DNA of 63,966 nucleotides, filler included, from Salisapilia sapeloensis CBS 127946 (lineage: Eukaryota > Protista > Oomycota), in assembly GCA_023334545.1 (NCBI GenBank). It is 4 parts of 4 records of this genome, joined end to end, with 100 filler letters (N's around TTAATTAATTAA, not from the genome) between each part and the next. Parts side by side here need not be neighbours in the genome. Positions count along the whole stretch, not along the records: positions 42,667 to 62,767 come from JAADVB010000302.1; 3 more parts are not named here. One strand, written 5' to 3'. Below, in pieces: positions 42,986-56,551 of the stretch. The stretch's first letter is position 1; each line of letters opens with the position of its first letter. Both the position numbers and the translations under genes were made by a program. The notes beneath the pieces are model-generated. The model made no database searches. It was not told the DNA's origin and was given only the letters and a program-made list of their open reading frames with translations.

Positions 42986-45900
42986 ATGCAGGCGTCTGCC
43001 CCTCCATATACGCTCGGCGTATGCGTCATGGAGCGGAAGGCGAATTCGGCTCCCATGCAAGAGATCCTGTCTCGACTTCCGTCTTCACTTTTCACCATCG
43101 TTATCTTTGGTGACGACACAATCCTGAACAAACCGATTGAAGACTGGCCGGTGTGCAATGCCCTGATCTCGTTCTTTTCCTCAGGGTTCCCACTAGAGAA
43201 AGCGCAGGGTTATGTACGTCTGCGTCGTCCGGTTATTGTGAATGACCTCGAATCGGAGCCGCTCTTACGAGACCGACGAGACGTCTACCGAATCTTGCAA
43301 GAGGATAACATCCCTGTGCCTCGACACGTGACTGTAAATCGCGATGGGTATCGCGGGCTACCAGATTCTGAAGTGATTGAAGGGGAGGACTGCATTGAAG
43401 TGGATGGAGACAAGTTAACGAAGCCGTTTGTAGAAAAACCTGTGGATGGTGAAGATCATAATATATACATTTACTACCCTATGAGCGCGGGTGGCGGACG
43501 CAAGCGACTATTCCGGAAGGTTGGCAATCGATCGTCCGAGTTTGATCCACAGACGAATCGCGTACGGACTTCTGGTTCGTTCATCTATGAAGAGTTTCTT
43601 TCGACGCAAGGCACGGACGTGAAAGTGTATACTGTCGGTGCGAACTACGCTCATGCCGAAGCACGTAAAAGTCCTGTCTTGGATGGACGAGTTGTACGGG
43701 ACGCAGCGGGAAAAGAAGTCCGGTACCCAGTCATCCTATCGACAAAGGAAAAGGATATGGCTCAGAGAGTGAGTCGAGCGTTTCGTCAAACAATCTGTGG
43801 GTTTGATATCTTGCGCGGAACGAACCAGTCCTTTGTGTGTGATGTCAATGGCTGGAGCTTTGTCAAGAACTCTGAAAAGTACTATGAGGACTGCGCCACA
43901 TTGCTCAGTGGATATCTTGAGCAAGCTCTTCGGCAGCACGAAGTCGGTACGTTGGATACCGACTTGGAGGCTCGTGGAAACCCTGACCAGATGCCTGTCG
44001 GATTCATCGGCGCAGACGATCCGTTCTATCTGTCCAGCTTCCACTTCCCAGAGGCTGGTGCTGGTGCCCAATTGTCTGAACCTCCTACTCTACTCTCGAA
44101 ACACGGTAGCAGCAGCAACATTTATGAAGAGAGTCTGTTGCATGCCTCTGATGCACACTCGACTAGCAGCAACTTGAGCAACTCTATAGGTCCACCCGGT
44201 GAAGAAGGAGAAGAGTTGCGCTGCGTGTTGGCTGTCATTCGTCATGCTGACCGCACACCAAAGCAGAAGATGAAGATGCAAGTGTGCCATCCGTCGTTCC
44301 TAGACTTTTACCATGCTCGACAGTCGGACTCGTCCAAGAAGAAGGACTTAAAGATCAAGGCAGTGGCGGATTTAGAAAAGCTGCTAGAAGTCAGCAAGGA
44401 TCTCTTGCGGCGATACGATGAGCGGGAAGAGTCTTTTATGCACTTTTTATCGACGAGAGAAGAGAAGTATGAAGAAGACACTTCGGACCGGATGCAAGGG
44501 TACCGGACTTTACGAGACGTGCTCCAGCGTTGGCAACTGGTGGGTATTAACCGCAAGGTTCAGCTAAAGCCACGCGAGTATAGTGAGCCGGATGCGGATG
44601 GAAACGTCCAAGCGACCAAGCTGCTGCTGATTCTAAAGTGGGGAGGTGACTTGACCCACAGCGGAGAAGAGCAATCGGAGAGCTTGGGCAAGAGGTTCCG
44701 ACAGATGATGTATCCAGGAGGAGAAGGTGGTTTGCTACGACTGCACTCGACCTTTCGACATGACCTCAAGATCTACACGAGTGACGAAGGCCGTGTGCAA
44801 AAGACAGCTGCGAGCTTTGCCAAAGGTCTCTTGGAGCTAGAAGGAGATTTGATCCCGATTCTTGTCGGCCTGGTCCTCAAGTCCAAGGATGCCGATTCGA
44901 TGCTGGACCCGTCTGGCTCGGAAGCCCAGGAGATCATTATGCGCGTAAAGCAGCGATTGCACAAGATCATCCATCGCTTGGATGATACGGTGCAGCTCCT
45001 CGAGTCGGACTCTCGACTCATTCGCTCTGTTGCTCGTGCCTTGAACAGTATTTCGGAGCCGATCAAGAAGATGGAAGAGATGCATACGATGCTGCGGTAC
45101 TTGAAAGAGCAATTGACCAAGAACTTGCAGGAGAAGGCGAGACTACGGGCGGAGAATGCTTCGAAGCACCAGGATAATGTACTCCCGACGTACGCGTCCA
45201 TGGAGAGGTCCATTAGTTTGGGTGGCATTCGAAGTCGAAATGGTTCCCATGATCACATCTTCCCGGAAGACGATGAAGAGATGGATAGAGTCCATGAAAC
45301 TAATCGTAGTAAAGGTGAAGAAGTTCCGCCCTCCTCTCCTCCGATGGGTGCAGGTGCTAGTCGCCTACTCGCGAGGATGCGTCGACGCGTCGCGGAGGAA
45401 GAAGTGAACTTCCCAGAGCCATGCGGAAGGGAGACGCTAGAGATGATGCGCGAACGATGGGCCAAACTTCATCGTGACTTTTACAATAAGAAGAGCGACG
45501 CGTACGACTTGTCCAAAATCCCGGACATTCATGACTGCATCCGATACGACGCTCTGCACAACGCGCAACTGCACTTGACGAGCATGAGGAAGCTGTTGGA
45601 CATCTCTAGCTCCTTGTCGCATGCACTCGTGCCACAAGAGTACGGTATCAATGTGGAGGAGAAGGTGAACATTGGTGCTGCCATGTGCCGTACGTTGCTG
45701 ACGAAGATCAAGGACGATCTGGATCTTGCGAGAGGCTTGGAACTACAGAACATGCATCGATTGAATCCGTCGTACGTTAAAGACAAGATCAACTCGACGC
45801 ATCGAGCCGTTCGGACGCGACTGTACTTTACGAGTGAATCCCACTTGCATACGCTGCTCAATGTCCTACGATACCCACGAAGCGATTCACCTGTCGCAGC

Positions 45901-46261
45901 GGCGGTTGGAGAGGAAGCGAAGAAGTGGATTGAGACGATCCCAGAGCTGTGCTACATGACCCACTTTGTCTTTCGTGTCTTTGAACGCTTCCAATACGCC
46001 AAGGATGATCCGCAAAGGTACAGGCTGGAGATCTCCCTAAGTCCTGGCGCAGATAACGACCCGCTGCGTAGTGACACAGAGAGTGTGAATGACGTTGCGC
46101 CGTTAAAGATTATTTCGAGAGAAGGCGTGACGTGTCAAGAGTTTGTGGATTACCTTGCAGACGTGATTAACTTTGCTGAGCAGCGATTGGAGGCATCGGA
46201 GATTGCCAAAGCAACGCCGACTTCAAGTCCGAAGCAGAGCGAGTCGGAGGATCTTTCATAG
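42986..46261 (+). CDS. VIP1: Bifunctional inositol pyrophosphate kinase/phosphatase PPIP5K/VIP1 (1091 aa, single exon)
   Basis: ATP-grasp kinase motifs FFSSGFPL, FVEKPVDGEDHN, YEEFLSTQGTDVKVY, HAEARKSP and VCDVNGWSFVK. Histidine phosphatase motifs RHADRTPKQK, LKWGG, DEGRVQ and RTRLYFTSESH. Confidence 0.96.
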   Translation: MQASAPPYTLGVCVMERKANSAPMQEILSRLPSSLFTIVIFGDDTILNKPIEDWPVCNALISFFSSGFPLEKAQGYVRLRRPVIVNDLESEPLLRDRRDVYRILQEDNIPVPRHVTVNRDGYRGLPDSEVIEGEDCIEVDGDKLTKPFVEKPVDGEDHNIYIYYPMSAGGGRKRLFRKVGNRSSEFDPQTNRVRTSGSFIYEEFLSTQGTDVKVYTVGANYAHAEARKSPVLDGRVVRDAAGKEVRYPVILSTKEKDMAQRVSRAFRQTICGFDILRGTNQSFVCDVNGWSFVKNSEKYYEDCATLLSGYLEQALRQHEVGTLDTDLEARGNPDQMPVGFIGADDPFYLSSFHFPEAGAGAQLSEPPTLLSKHGSSSNIYEESLLHASDAHSTSSNLSNSIGPPGEEGEELRCVLAVIRHADRTPKQKMKMQVCHPSFLDFYHARQSDSSKKKDLKIKAVADLEKLLEVSKDLLRRYDEREESFMHFLSTREEKYEEDTSDRMQGYRTLRDVLQRWQLVGINRKVQLKPREYSEPDADGNVQATKLLLILKWGGDLTHSGEEQSESLGKRFRQMMYPGGEGGLLRLHSTFRHDLKIYTSDEGRVQKTAASFAKGLLELEGDLIPILVGLVLKSKDADSMLDPSGSEAQEIIMRVKQRLHKIIHRLDDTVQLLESDSRLIRSVARALNSISEPIKKMEEMHTMLRYLKEQLTKNLQEKARLRAENASKHQDNVLPTYASMERSISLGGIRSRNGSHDHIFPEDDEEMDRVHETNRSKGEEVPPSSPPMGAGASRLLARMRRRVAEEEVNFPEPCGRETLEMMRERWAKLHRDFYNKKSDAYDLSKIPDIHDCIRYDALHNAQLHLTSMRKLLDISSSLSHALVPQEYGINVEEKVNIGAAMCRTLLTKIKDDLDLARGLELQNMHRLNPSYVKDKINSTHRAVRTRLYFTSESHLHTLLNVLRYPRSDSPVAAAVGEEAKKWIETIPELCYMTHFVFRVFERFQYAKDDPQRYRLEISLSPGADNDPLRSDTESVNDVAPLKIISREGVTCQEFVDYLADVINFAEQRLEASEIAKATPTSSPKQSESEDLS

Positions 46262-46549
46262 TCGCCTTCATACAATGTACTAGACGGTAATACCATGTAC
46301 TTGGAAGAAAATATGTGCTTTGTTTTTAAGTTTTCTACTAGACGATAGGTGTCATGGAGCGAAAGCTCTTGGTGGGAAATATGCTTGAAAATCTGTAGAA
46401 TAGGAGCCAAAAAATGCTTCGAGTGAAACTCCATTGGGAGTTTCAAGCGATGACAGGGCAAAGCACTGTACGAAACGCCGGTAAGTCCAAATACATTTTG
46501 GTATTAGTCCAGTGACTTGTGCCTACGTAAATAACGATCTTGCGTCCCG

Positions 46550-49500
46550 ATGGATGATACGGTACCTCGTGGACCAGATATTGCATGGGCGTCTGGAAAG
46601 TCGGATCCTGCTATAGACTTTCGTCCTGCCACAAAGGTTCGGAGCATCGAGGCGAAGATTGCAAAGCGAAAAAAGGGTGGACAGCGTATCCGTGACGACA
46701 GTGACGACGATGATGATGATCTGTACGGGACGGACCCAAATAACTTGCCGTTGTCGCATGAACCTGACAGTCGAACAGGCCCAGCAACGGAAGACATAAA
46801 AAAGCTCTTCAGCACTGTACCACCCTTGGAGACGGAAGAACAAGCTGTAAATCCTCGAAGAAACACTGTCAGTGCTCTCTTGTCGGTTGTACAAAAGATA
46901 GCTGTCCCGGAAGTTCGTCGTGAAGCCAAGGTGCATTCGATTATGGAGATGCTAAGATTGCGAGCCGTGCACATGAAGCGCTCTCAATTGGCACTAGGAG
47001 CGCACACGACATCAGCTGCCTTAGTAGATGCAGTCTATGTGCTCGTGAGTGTGCCTTTACGTATTGGCTTCATGTACGACCCGTGGAATGGTATAGACAT
47101 GACGAATGAGTGGACTCGTACACTTACCGTTTTATCGATCTTGGATCTGATCGGTGAAATTGCTCGACTAGCTTTCATTGTTCGAGAACGAACGGTCATT
47201 TTTGCAAAACAAAAACGTAAACAACGTAGTAGGTCAGCTCGTTTATCGCTTGTTGAGCATGTAACGAGCCACTTTGCAAACGTACGAAGGAGCGTCGTTG
47301 TGCCAGAAAAGTCTATTGTATCGCTACGAAAGAGTAAAACTGGAATCGATACCGTCAATTCAAAGGGGGCTGTACGAAGGCCTAGTCTTAACGATGTAGA
47401 AGAAGTATCTAGCGTGCGAGAGCCTTTGTCTTCGAGCTCGCTGCCACGGATGATGAACTCGAAAATGACTGCCTTTGCATTCTTTCTTCCGTTGGAACTC
47501 GTCGCGGCCTACTTTAGCTACAACCTCATTCACGTCGCTCGTCTGCTAAAGTATTTGGCGATGGTATTTCAACTTCGCTGGGTATGTTCGTCCATATTAA
47601 AGAAGAATCGGTCATTTCGTATCGTGCGCCTGCTATCGTTTAGCACATTGTCAACTCCGTTTCACTTTTGCTGGGTCGGCTTTTACCTTTGTCATGTTAT
47701 TGCCAGCGGCTACATGTTCTTGGCGCATTTCAACTGTGGGATAAACTTTGATCAATGTGGATCGACATTGCTACATCCAGGTTGCTGGGCCATCAAGGAC
47801 AAGTTAGAGCATGCTTCGACAGTAAGAAAGTATTTAAGAGCACTCTACTGGGCAGTAAAATCTGTGTCGACACTTGGACAGGGTGACATTTTGCCGACGA
47901 ATGAGATGGAAACGTATTACTGCATTCTGGTCCAGTTGCTTAGTGGCATGTGGGCAACCGGTTTGCTAGCAGCTTGCTCATTCTACTTTACGCGCAGAGA
48001 TGGTGATCTCGGTCAAAGCGTCAGTACTCGCCTTGAGCAAGCACTACTGTTTTTAAAGTCCAGAAAGACACCAACTGAAATCTCGACTGCGATTCAAGCG
48101 TACTATGACTACATGCAGCGAACACGGAATGGCATTGAAGAACGAAGTGTGCTTGCAGAGATGCCACAGCAATACCGACTACAGTGTGCGAATTACTTGG
48201 CATACCGCTACATGAGAAAGGTATGTCTCTCTTCTATTATCGATGCGTAAATGCGCATGGATTGCAGTGACGCTAACGCATATGTCTGACTAGATCCCAT
48301 TTTTCTCTCAGCAGCCCAAGCCTTTTATGAAGACTGTACTCGGGTTAGTTGAAAAAGACTTCTTTTCGCCAAATCAAATTATAGCTAGACAAGGTGACTC
48401 GGAAGAGCTCATCGTGATCGCCCGAGGTGAAATTCGGGTTGTTCATTCAGAATCAAGGGAGATTGAGCAAGTATTAATGCGAGGAGAATGGATTGGGGAG
48501 AAGTCACTTTATCAAGATACGAATTTGAAGAAGGATTTGGTCGCTGGCACATTTTGTGACATCTTTTGTCTCTCGAGGCAAAACCTTCGTGCAGCTTTGT
48601 CACGACACTTTGCCAAATTTAAAATCTCTCTCATGATGGCACAGCACCGTCGTCAAGCAGTGTCAGATGAAGACACGAAGAAATGTCTGCAGTTCGTAAA
48701 TCCAAATCCACCAGTTAGCAAACACAACACAATTGTGAATCGAACGACTCGACGAATGACCAATGCTGTGGGAAGACGAACACTTCTGCTCAATGTCATG
48801 CAACGGGATTTTCATCTCGCAGGTGGTAGTGGCAGCCTGCATTGGCGATATCCACGCTCTCGTTTCCGTCTGCTATGGCGTCGTATCAAAGTCGCTTGTC
48901 TTATCTTCTTGTCGATTGAGGTACCTTTTGAAATCGCTTTTGATTGGCGTGTTAGTATTCTCCATGACGATACCATCCTTCGACAGAAACTGTCGTTTAT
49001 GGTCAGTGCCTTTGTGGAGTTCGTTCTTTACATCGACCTCTTTTTCCGAGCACGTCGTTTTATTCGCTTGCAAACGATATACGGACGCAAAGGTAATACA
49101 TCACCTCCGAAGAGTTCTCAAGCGCCAAGCGAAGTAGCATCGATCATTCATTCTTTTAAAGCTATGACAGACTCGGATGATTCACGCAGAGAGCGGAATC
49201 AAGAAAGTATCCGTGTGGATACGACAGTGGATATCGCTAGTGGAGAAGCCACAGCAAAGTCTAAAAGCGTCAACAAATGGCAAGAAGTATCTTATACTCG
49301 ACCGCAAGATATCTTTCACTGGTATCTACTACATGATAATGTCGTGGCTGATTGCCTCGCGACCGTACCCATTGCCCTCATTTGGAAACTTATTGACAAG
49401 ACTGACATGAACATAAATGCGATGCTCTGGATGAGATTTACTCGACTACTAGCGCTCGGAAGGTTGCTGCCATTGTGGGGATCGATTCAGAAAATCATGA

Positions 49501-52500
49501 CTGAGTATGGACTTAGTCCATCTGCCAAGCAGCTTGTCTCCATTGTCATTTCGTGTATAATTGCGGCCAACATTGTCGGATGCTTTTTCTTCCTTGTTGC
49601 AGATTCACCCGAATATGTAGATGGGTACCCGACTGGAGATTACCTTCGAACGGATGCAGAGTGCCTAGAAGACGCTAGTCTTTACGGGAATTGTACATGG
49701 TTTATAGCAGATTTGAGCAAGTTCCAGATTCAGTCGAGGTACGTGAGGTCTATTCATTGGAGCCTTGTTCTACTCTCCACAGTCGGATATGGTGATATCC
49801 ACGCTATATCAACGATCGAATGCCTACTCGCACTTATGTGGATCTTTGTCGGGTCGATCATTTGCTACTTTACTGCGTGTGCCATATCCAGTGTTGTCAC
49901 CCAAGTTACCATTCTATCTTCGATGCAACGAGAGCGACTGAATGAAATTAAGCGGGCCCTAGTGCATTGTAACATCTCAAGACGTACGCGGAACGTTATT
50001 CAGCGCCATTATGAGACGAAATGGAAGCTAAATGGAAGTACTGTCATCGAAACAGAGTTGCAGTCGTATCTACCGCGCTCTTTGCGGAATCAGCTCGCAC
50101 TTTCGATGTATGCAAAGCTTTTGCAGGAGTGTTATATACTGTCACCATGTGAATATCATCAAGCTTTCTTAAGGGAATTAGCATTGCGGACACATTCCGA
50201 GATCTTTGTGCCAAATGTGACGATACTGCACCTTGGACATCTGATCAAGGAAATGTATATTGTACAATCAGGAGACGTAGAAGTACTTTTACAAAGCGAG
50301 AGTGAGCAAGTGAGATTAAGTGCATACAGACCGTCTCAAGCGAGGATGATGCTAAACAGTTTCATGTCTGGCTCCAGACTTTCTTGGTGGTTGCGTGGAT
50401 TTTTCGCCTCCAAGCCCCTATCTTCTTTTATTTCGCCCCGGCTTAGCCTCGCTCGATTGTCTGTGTCATCGCTTACCGGGGATCTTCTTCCAATGGCAAT
50501 TCTATGTCGAGGAGCTTGCTTTGGTGAAGAATCGCTCTTGTCTGGAGAACAATTTGTCTCGAGGGTGAATGCGCGAGCTGTGACAAGTACGCAGGTTGCC
50601 GTGCTACCAAAAGAGGAATTAAGACAGTTGGCAGAGAAGTTCCCGCAGCAATTAGATGAAATTGCAGACCTGGTGGCAGCGAAGAGAAGATCGGATACGG
50701 AGCTCTATCGTACGCTAAAGCAGAATTTGAAGGAAAGAGGCAAGGTGAAAGAATTTTTAGGTGGCATTGGATCTTTACATGTGAGTCGAAAGCCACAAGA
50801 CAGGAAGATAATTGCTCCTGACTCGGCGCTAGCGGTAATCTGGCAATGTCTCCATGCATCCGTTCTGATGTATAACTTCTTTTCGATCACATTTCGCATC
50901 GCGTTCCTTCCGTACCCGTCAGAGGAGTTGGAAACAGTTATCAATGGCATCGACTACTTTAACGATCTAATCTTGTTCGCGCACATCTACTTGGCGTGGG
51001 GCAGGCTCGGTTACTATGCATATGGAGAAAAGATAATAGATCCATCCGCAGTTAAAGAACGATACAAGAGCACGACATTCCAAATAGACTGCTGGAGCAT
51101 GCTACCACCGTTTTACTACGGAAACACCTTTTACACTGCATTGCTCCGGCTGCCACGCTTACTTCGAAGTCCTCAATTACTTCCATTTATTGACGAGATG
51201 TATGAACGTCTAAGAGACATTATTTATCAGAGCAAGCGCAGCACCATTATGCTGGGCGTGTTCGACCTTGTCAAGTTTCTTCTCTTCTTTCTCGCGGCAG
51301 CTCATCAAGTTGGTAGTCTGTTCTTCACTTTAGGCCGCCTCCAGATTGAATATGGTCTAGCTTCCAAGAGCTGGGTGAATGTCGATAAGGTGTTAGCGCT
51401 GTACCCTGAGAAGCCGATCATTCAATACTTGCGATCTATTTACTGGTGTCTGGAAACGGTAATACACTCTAGCTGGCACATGTACCCGTATCTCACGCGA
51501 CGGTGCTAATGTGATTTTCTCTTTTAGTTTACAGTCGTTTGCTTTGGAGATATATTTCCTAGGAATGGTCTGGAGACTATCTACGCTTCTTGCACGTGTA
51601 TCATCGGTTGGATTGTACGCCTTTTTCATTTTACCAGCATAGTCATTTATTGCTTGTACTCATCGGTAGCAATCTAGGCTATCGGCTACGTTGTGGGAAA
51701 AATCACATCTCTCATGTCGAACTTGGACAAGGTACGGCATATATTCCGATTGCGTACTAGTTGACAATCTTAAAAATATCGTGGCATGTCATTTGTTAGG
51801 ATGAAAAAGATCACCGAGATCGAGTTAACGACTTTGAGCTGTACAGTTCTCGACTTCAGGTAATGCACTTGCATTTTCATAGGAAGTTGAAACAAGAAAA
51901 CTCAATATTGGTACGTATAGCTTCCTGCCTACCTTCGCGAAAGATCACTAGAGTCACTTGACTACAAAAGCAAGTGTCAATTGGAGATCAACATTCGCAA
52001 AACGTTTAAGGACTTACCGATATCTCTACAAGTAATACTCTTTGACGAGTTGTACGGTCCTGTGCTCCGTAAATGTCCAGAATTTTCCAGCTGCCTTTCA
52101 CGGCCACAGATAGAAGCGCTTGCGTGTGAGTTTACGCTTGAGCTCTATCTGCCGGAAGACGCGATTGTTGAAGAGGGACGAATCGGAACGAAATTGTATA
52201 TTATGCAGAAAGGGAGAGGCGAATGGTTTGCAGCTGGATCCAAGATCACTTTTGCTGGTATACACGAAGGGGTTATGTTTGGCGATTTAGCGTTCTTTCT
52301 TCCCGGTACAAGGTATATGGCTAGTGCTCGAGCTGTTAAAAGCTCTCAGGTCCTAATGCTTCGGCGTCGGCAATGGATGAAGCTTTGGCCGGACAAGAGT
52401 CGCCGGAATGTTGAAAGGAAGCTACTGCCCCTGATCAAGTCCAAGCACATCGCCATGACCAAAGCTTTCATCAACATTATAAAGAACTTTGAGGTGTCTA

Positions 52501-55337
52501 AATACGATGTTTCGACACATGCAAATCGTCATCAGCGAGGACATACAACGTCTAATCTTAATGCATTAAAACCATTAAGTTCAAAGGAATCAGCTCCTGA
52601 CGTATCGGAGGATTGTCCCGATCGTCCACAACTACGAGACATGAAAACAAATACAGCTCAAGTAAGCAGACGAAAGTTGTCATCTCATTTTGACATGCAA
52701 AACCATCCAGCCAAGTCATTGGATGCTACGAGCGCCGAGGCACATTGGAAACGGCATCAAAAGAATTTGCTCATGTTGTCCCTAATTGACCAGCATAATC
52801 GCATGGAGGCGGAAATCACGTACAGAGACCGAAGAGTTTCAAATGTAGAAAAAACGGGAGGATTGGAAGCACTGCATCTACAGAAAAGAATATCACCAAG
52901 GCTAAAAGAATATCATAGGGGAGATTCATCCAAAATGGTAGTTGATGAAGAAGCTACTCGAAACAAACCTAATTTAGAAGACGCCCAGCATGTCGGATTA
53001 CGGAATGAACCTACTGGAGATCGTACGAAAAGCTGTGTTCATCTCCCTAGTGCTACCGCCCAGGGTGGAACTGTCAAATTATTCTCCAACAAGTCTGTGA
53101 AAAACAATTTTAGTAAGCTACTTCCTACAAACCGGCGAAATCCATTTTCGCCTGATGAAAAGAAACTCGTACAAAAAAGGCGACGTCATTCGTTGCAAGG
53201 TCCGACACAAGAATATCGAAAATCGCTGGAATCAGTTCAGCTTTTCTCTAACGACATGCCGATTCCAGGAGTAGCTCACCGAGGATCTATAACGACCGCG
53301 GCGCGCAAACTGCAGTTAACTCCAGGTCTAGATTTGCAATCGTCTGCAAATGCCACAAAGCCACGCACAGCAAACTCCAAATTCCCTTTCGCCTCGTTTA
53401 ATTTACTCTCAGTAGTCCGTCAAATGCGTCCCAAGTCAACTTTGGGTCAAGGACTAGGCGTGGCGAACGCTAGAGATGACACTGCTGTTGGAAATTACCA
53501 CCAAGGAGACCAAGCTACTATTCATCATGAAAGTGCACCATCTGAAGATCCGGCTCTAGATGGCATTGATGAAATAGAACATTTACGAGTCCTACTGGAG
53601 AGATGGCGCCGACGCCAACGCAAACCTGGCTTAAGCAAGAAAAGCTCTGTCGTGCTTCCGATGGACCAAACACTAGAGTACCGGAACTTGTACCAGATCT
53701 GGGTCGAGCCACCGCCACCGCATTCTATGATGCTAGAGAGCTCATATTTCCGGAGATTTTGGAATGTACTTATGCTTCTGATCTGCTGGTACTACGTACT
53801 TGTAGTCCCATTCCGAGCTGCGTTTGACTACGAAGCACTTGACCACGTGGATGAACGACATGTCACGACGACTCTTTGGTTCATGATGGAATACGTTTGC
53901 GATCTGCTTTGCGTCATTGACTTCATTTTCAACTGCCGCTACTTTGCGTTCATCGATCGAGGGGAAGTGGTGACGGAACCAAAAGCTATCTTTGAGCATT
54001 ATTACCACGACGGCTCCTTTCTATCCGACCTTCTCGTGATATTCCCGTTTGAAGTATTTCTACCTTTCTACTCGGTCTGTATCGGTAAGACTGCATGGCC
54101 GACTTTAGCTACCGTTACTTGGTTTCAAATTGCAATACTTCGAATGACGAAAATGCTTCGCATCATCCACCTGCATGAACTGGGTGACCGAGTCCAACGG
54201 ATGATTCTGTTCGATATGAAACTGAGCTCTGTGCGAATGAGCTATTTGTTCTTCATTCGATGTGCATTGGATTTTATTCTTGGCGCACATTGGCTTTGTT
54301 GTGCATTCTTTGCAATATCATTTAATACATACAATGAAGACGTCCCGTCGTGGCTTACGACACCAGACATGCTGTCTTTCCTCGACATTGACGGAGCTAA
54401 AGGAATCGCTTCCGTCCCACTCAAAACGCGCTTCTTCCGCTCGTATCACTTTAGTATTGGCGCCGTCACCACCGTATCGTACGGAGACATTACACCACAG
54501 AATGCAGTAGAGACTTTGGTTGTCGTTGTGATCATTGTCTTCTCCGTCGTGTTCTTTGGTATGCTCTCCGGTGGATTCTTCCAACTACTTGAAGGTGAAC
54601 TCGGACGTCGAGCAGACTATGAAGAGCGAGTTGCTCGGGTCGCCCATTTCATGGTGTTTCATCGGCTACAACTACGAGTCTGGAAGCAGTTGCAACTCTA
54701 CTTTTCTATGCATTGGCAAGAAAGCAGAGGGCTGGATGAGACGCAGCAGCTTCGCGGAGTCACCACAGCGGTGAAAAACGATATCGCACTCTTTGTCAAG
54801 CGTCAATTTGTCGCGAAATTACCACTGTTTGCGAGTTGTGAAGAAGCATTTATACGAGCTGTCGTCATTGCGTTTGAACAGGAGCTTTACGTTCGAAGCG
54901 ATGTAATCATCGCCGAAGGAGATACTGGAAGAAGCTTGTACGTGATCGAAACTGGCCAAGTGCTCGTACGAGTTCCAAAGAAACCACCGAAACGTGACCT
55001 CAAAAGCTTTGATCAAAAGCATTCAGAAGACTCTGTAGTGGAACTGATCAAGACAAAGTATGACTTCTTCGGAGAAAAGTCACTGGTGCTGGACATGCCT
55101 CGAAGCGCTACATGTATCGCTCTTAGCTCCTGTCGAATGCTATTGCTGACGGTCGACAAGTACGAAGATATATTAGAAGAATTTCCAGAGTATCGAGAGA
55201 AGAATATGCGAGAGTGGATATTTGTCAATTTGCCAGATAACAACGCTCACCATGCAACACCTGAATCTATGGCAAAGAAGAAGGCATTTTGTGACCCGGA
55301 TGCATCCTATGACCCAGATGCATCCTTTCAGCCGTAG
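46550..55337 (+). CDS. Four-repeat cyclic-nucleotide-binding-domain cation channel (~2,817 aa): join(46550..48220,48294..51458,51528..51614,51678..51731,51800..51859,51921..55337)
   Basis: Five phase-0 GT-AG introns join the three track ORFs in frame. Four pore loops (STLGQGDI, STVGYGDI, TVVCFGDI, TTVSYGDI), each preceded by an Arg/Lys-bearing S4 and followed by a C-linker and CNBD. Confidence 0.85.
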
Positions 55338-55414
55338 TTTGTCGAGGAGAATTAACTTTAATTGGAAAGCAATTACACCGATCTTAATTACTATGTTGTT
55401 GCTTAGTGTGCATT

Positions 55415-56458
55415 CTATTCGGTTTGAGAAAGCCCTGCTTGATCATGGTCATATCCGTTGTCTTCATAAGTATCGCTGTTGAAAAACATGCTGCCCGTGT
55501 TATTATCCTGGTCATTTCCATCGCCAGAACTTTGCTTTATTTTAGGTGATGGAGACGCATCTTCGCATTCTCCTTGTCTTGCTCCTCCATAATGCGCTGG
55601 CATGGATGTGTCGAACCTTGATATTTCATCAAACTTTGATTTCAAATGAATAAATTCCTCTTTGCCTTGATCTTGATGCACAATGTCATCGTTTAAATGC
55701 TCCGTTTGCTCAAAGTGAGTTATTTCTCGATGCGCAAATTCTCCATCTCCAGACTCCATGTGAACAATTTCTTGCTGATGTTTCTCTCGTTCAACTAATT
55801 TCTGAGCATTGCCAAGCTCATCAATCTTTGTATATTCTGTAATATGTTCTTGGATGGTAATTTCGCGCTTTTTCCACGCACCTGGTGCCGGAGGGGCTGG
55901 TGTTGGCTTGGTTGACTGCTGTGTATTCAAAGCGGATGGCTGAAAGATTGTTAGTGCATCTGTCGTCTCCTGGTTTGAACGATTTTGCCAGCGAGGCGGG
56001 GTCGGAAGTTCTTGTACTCGGCGTTCCTTGTCAGCAGCAATATAAATTGCGGAGCGAAGGAACTCGAGGAAACTGTTGTAATTGATCTTAGTTTCACCAT
56101 CACCGAGTCGAAAAACACGTCGAAGTACAAGCTGGCGGAATGGCGGTACCGAAAGGTAGGAGCAAAGTTCATCAAGCTCCAGATAATCATCTGAACTTGT
56201 CTATCGAAACAGGAGGTAATGTAAGCACGGATAGGAAAGAAAAGCAAGTTAGGTGAACGATACTCTAGTGTCTCCAATGCGCTTCAAAGTACGAAATTGC
56301 TCATCAAGAGATGCATGTTTGTTCTTGCGAAGGTTGAAGGCTTTTAAAATGAGAAAGTGTTGCAGCTTGACACTTTGCTTATTGCTCGCCTGTTTACGAT
56401 CCAAAGACCGGGGAGGAGCAGAGCATCCACCAGACATTCCGTCGACATCTACTTTCAT
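55415..56458 (-). CDS. Hypothetical protein with a degenerate EF-hand-like segment, probably two exons
   Basis: ATG at 56458 (MKVDVDGMSGG). An intron near 56260-56200, then DDYLELDELCSYL...INYNSFLEFL continuing in frame into track ORF 55930-55415. Confidence 0.6.
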
Positions 56459-56551
56459 TAGTGATTTGCGATCGATTAGTATATCCCGAGGGTATCTCGC
56501 TCCGACCCAAAATAGCACCAAGCAACAAAATACCAATTCCAGACAAATATT

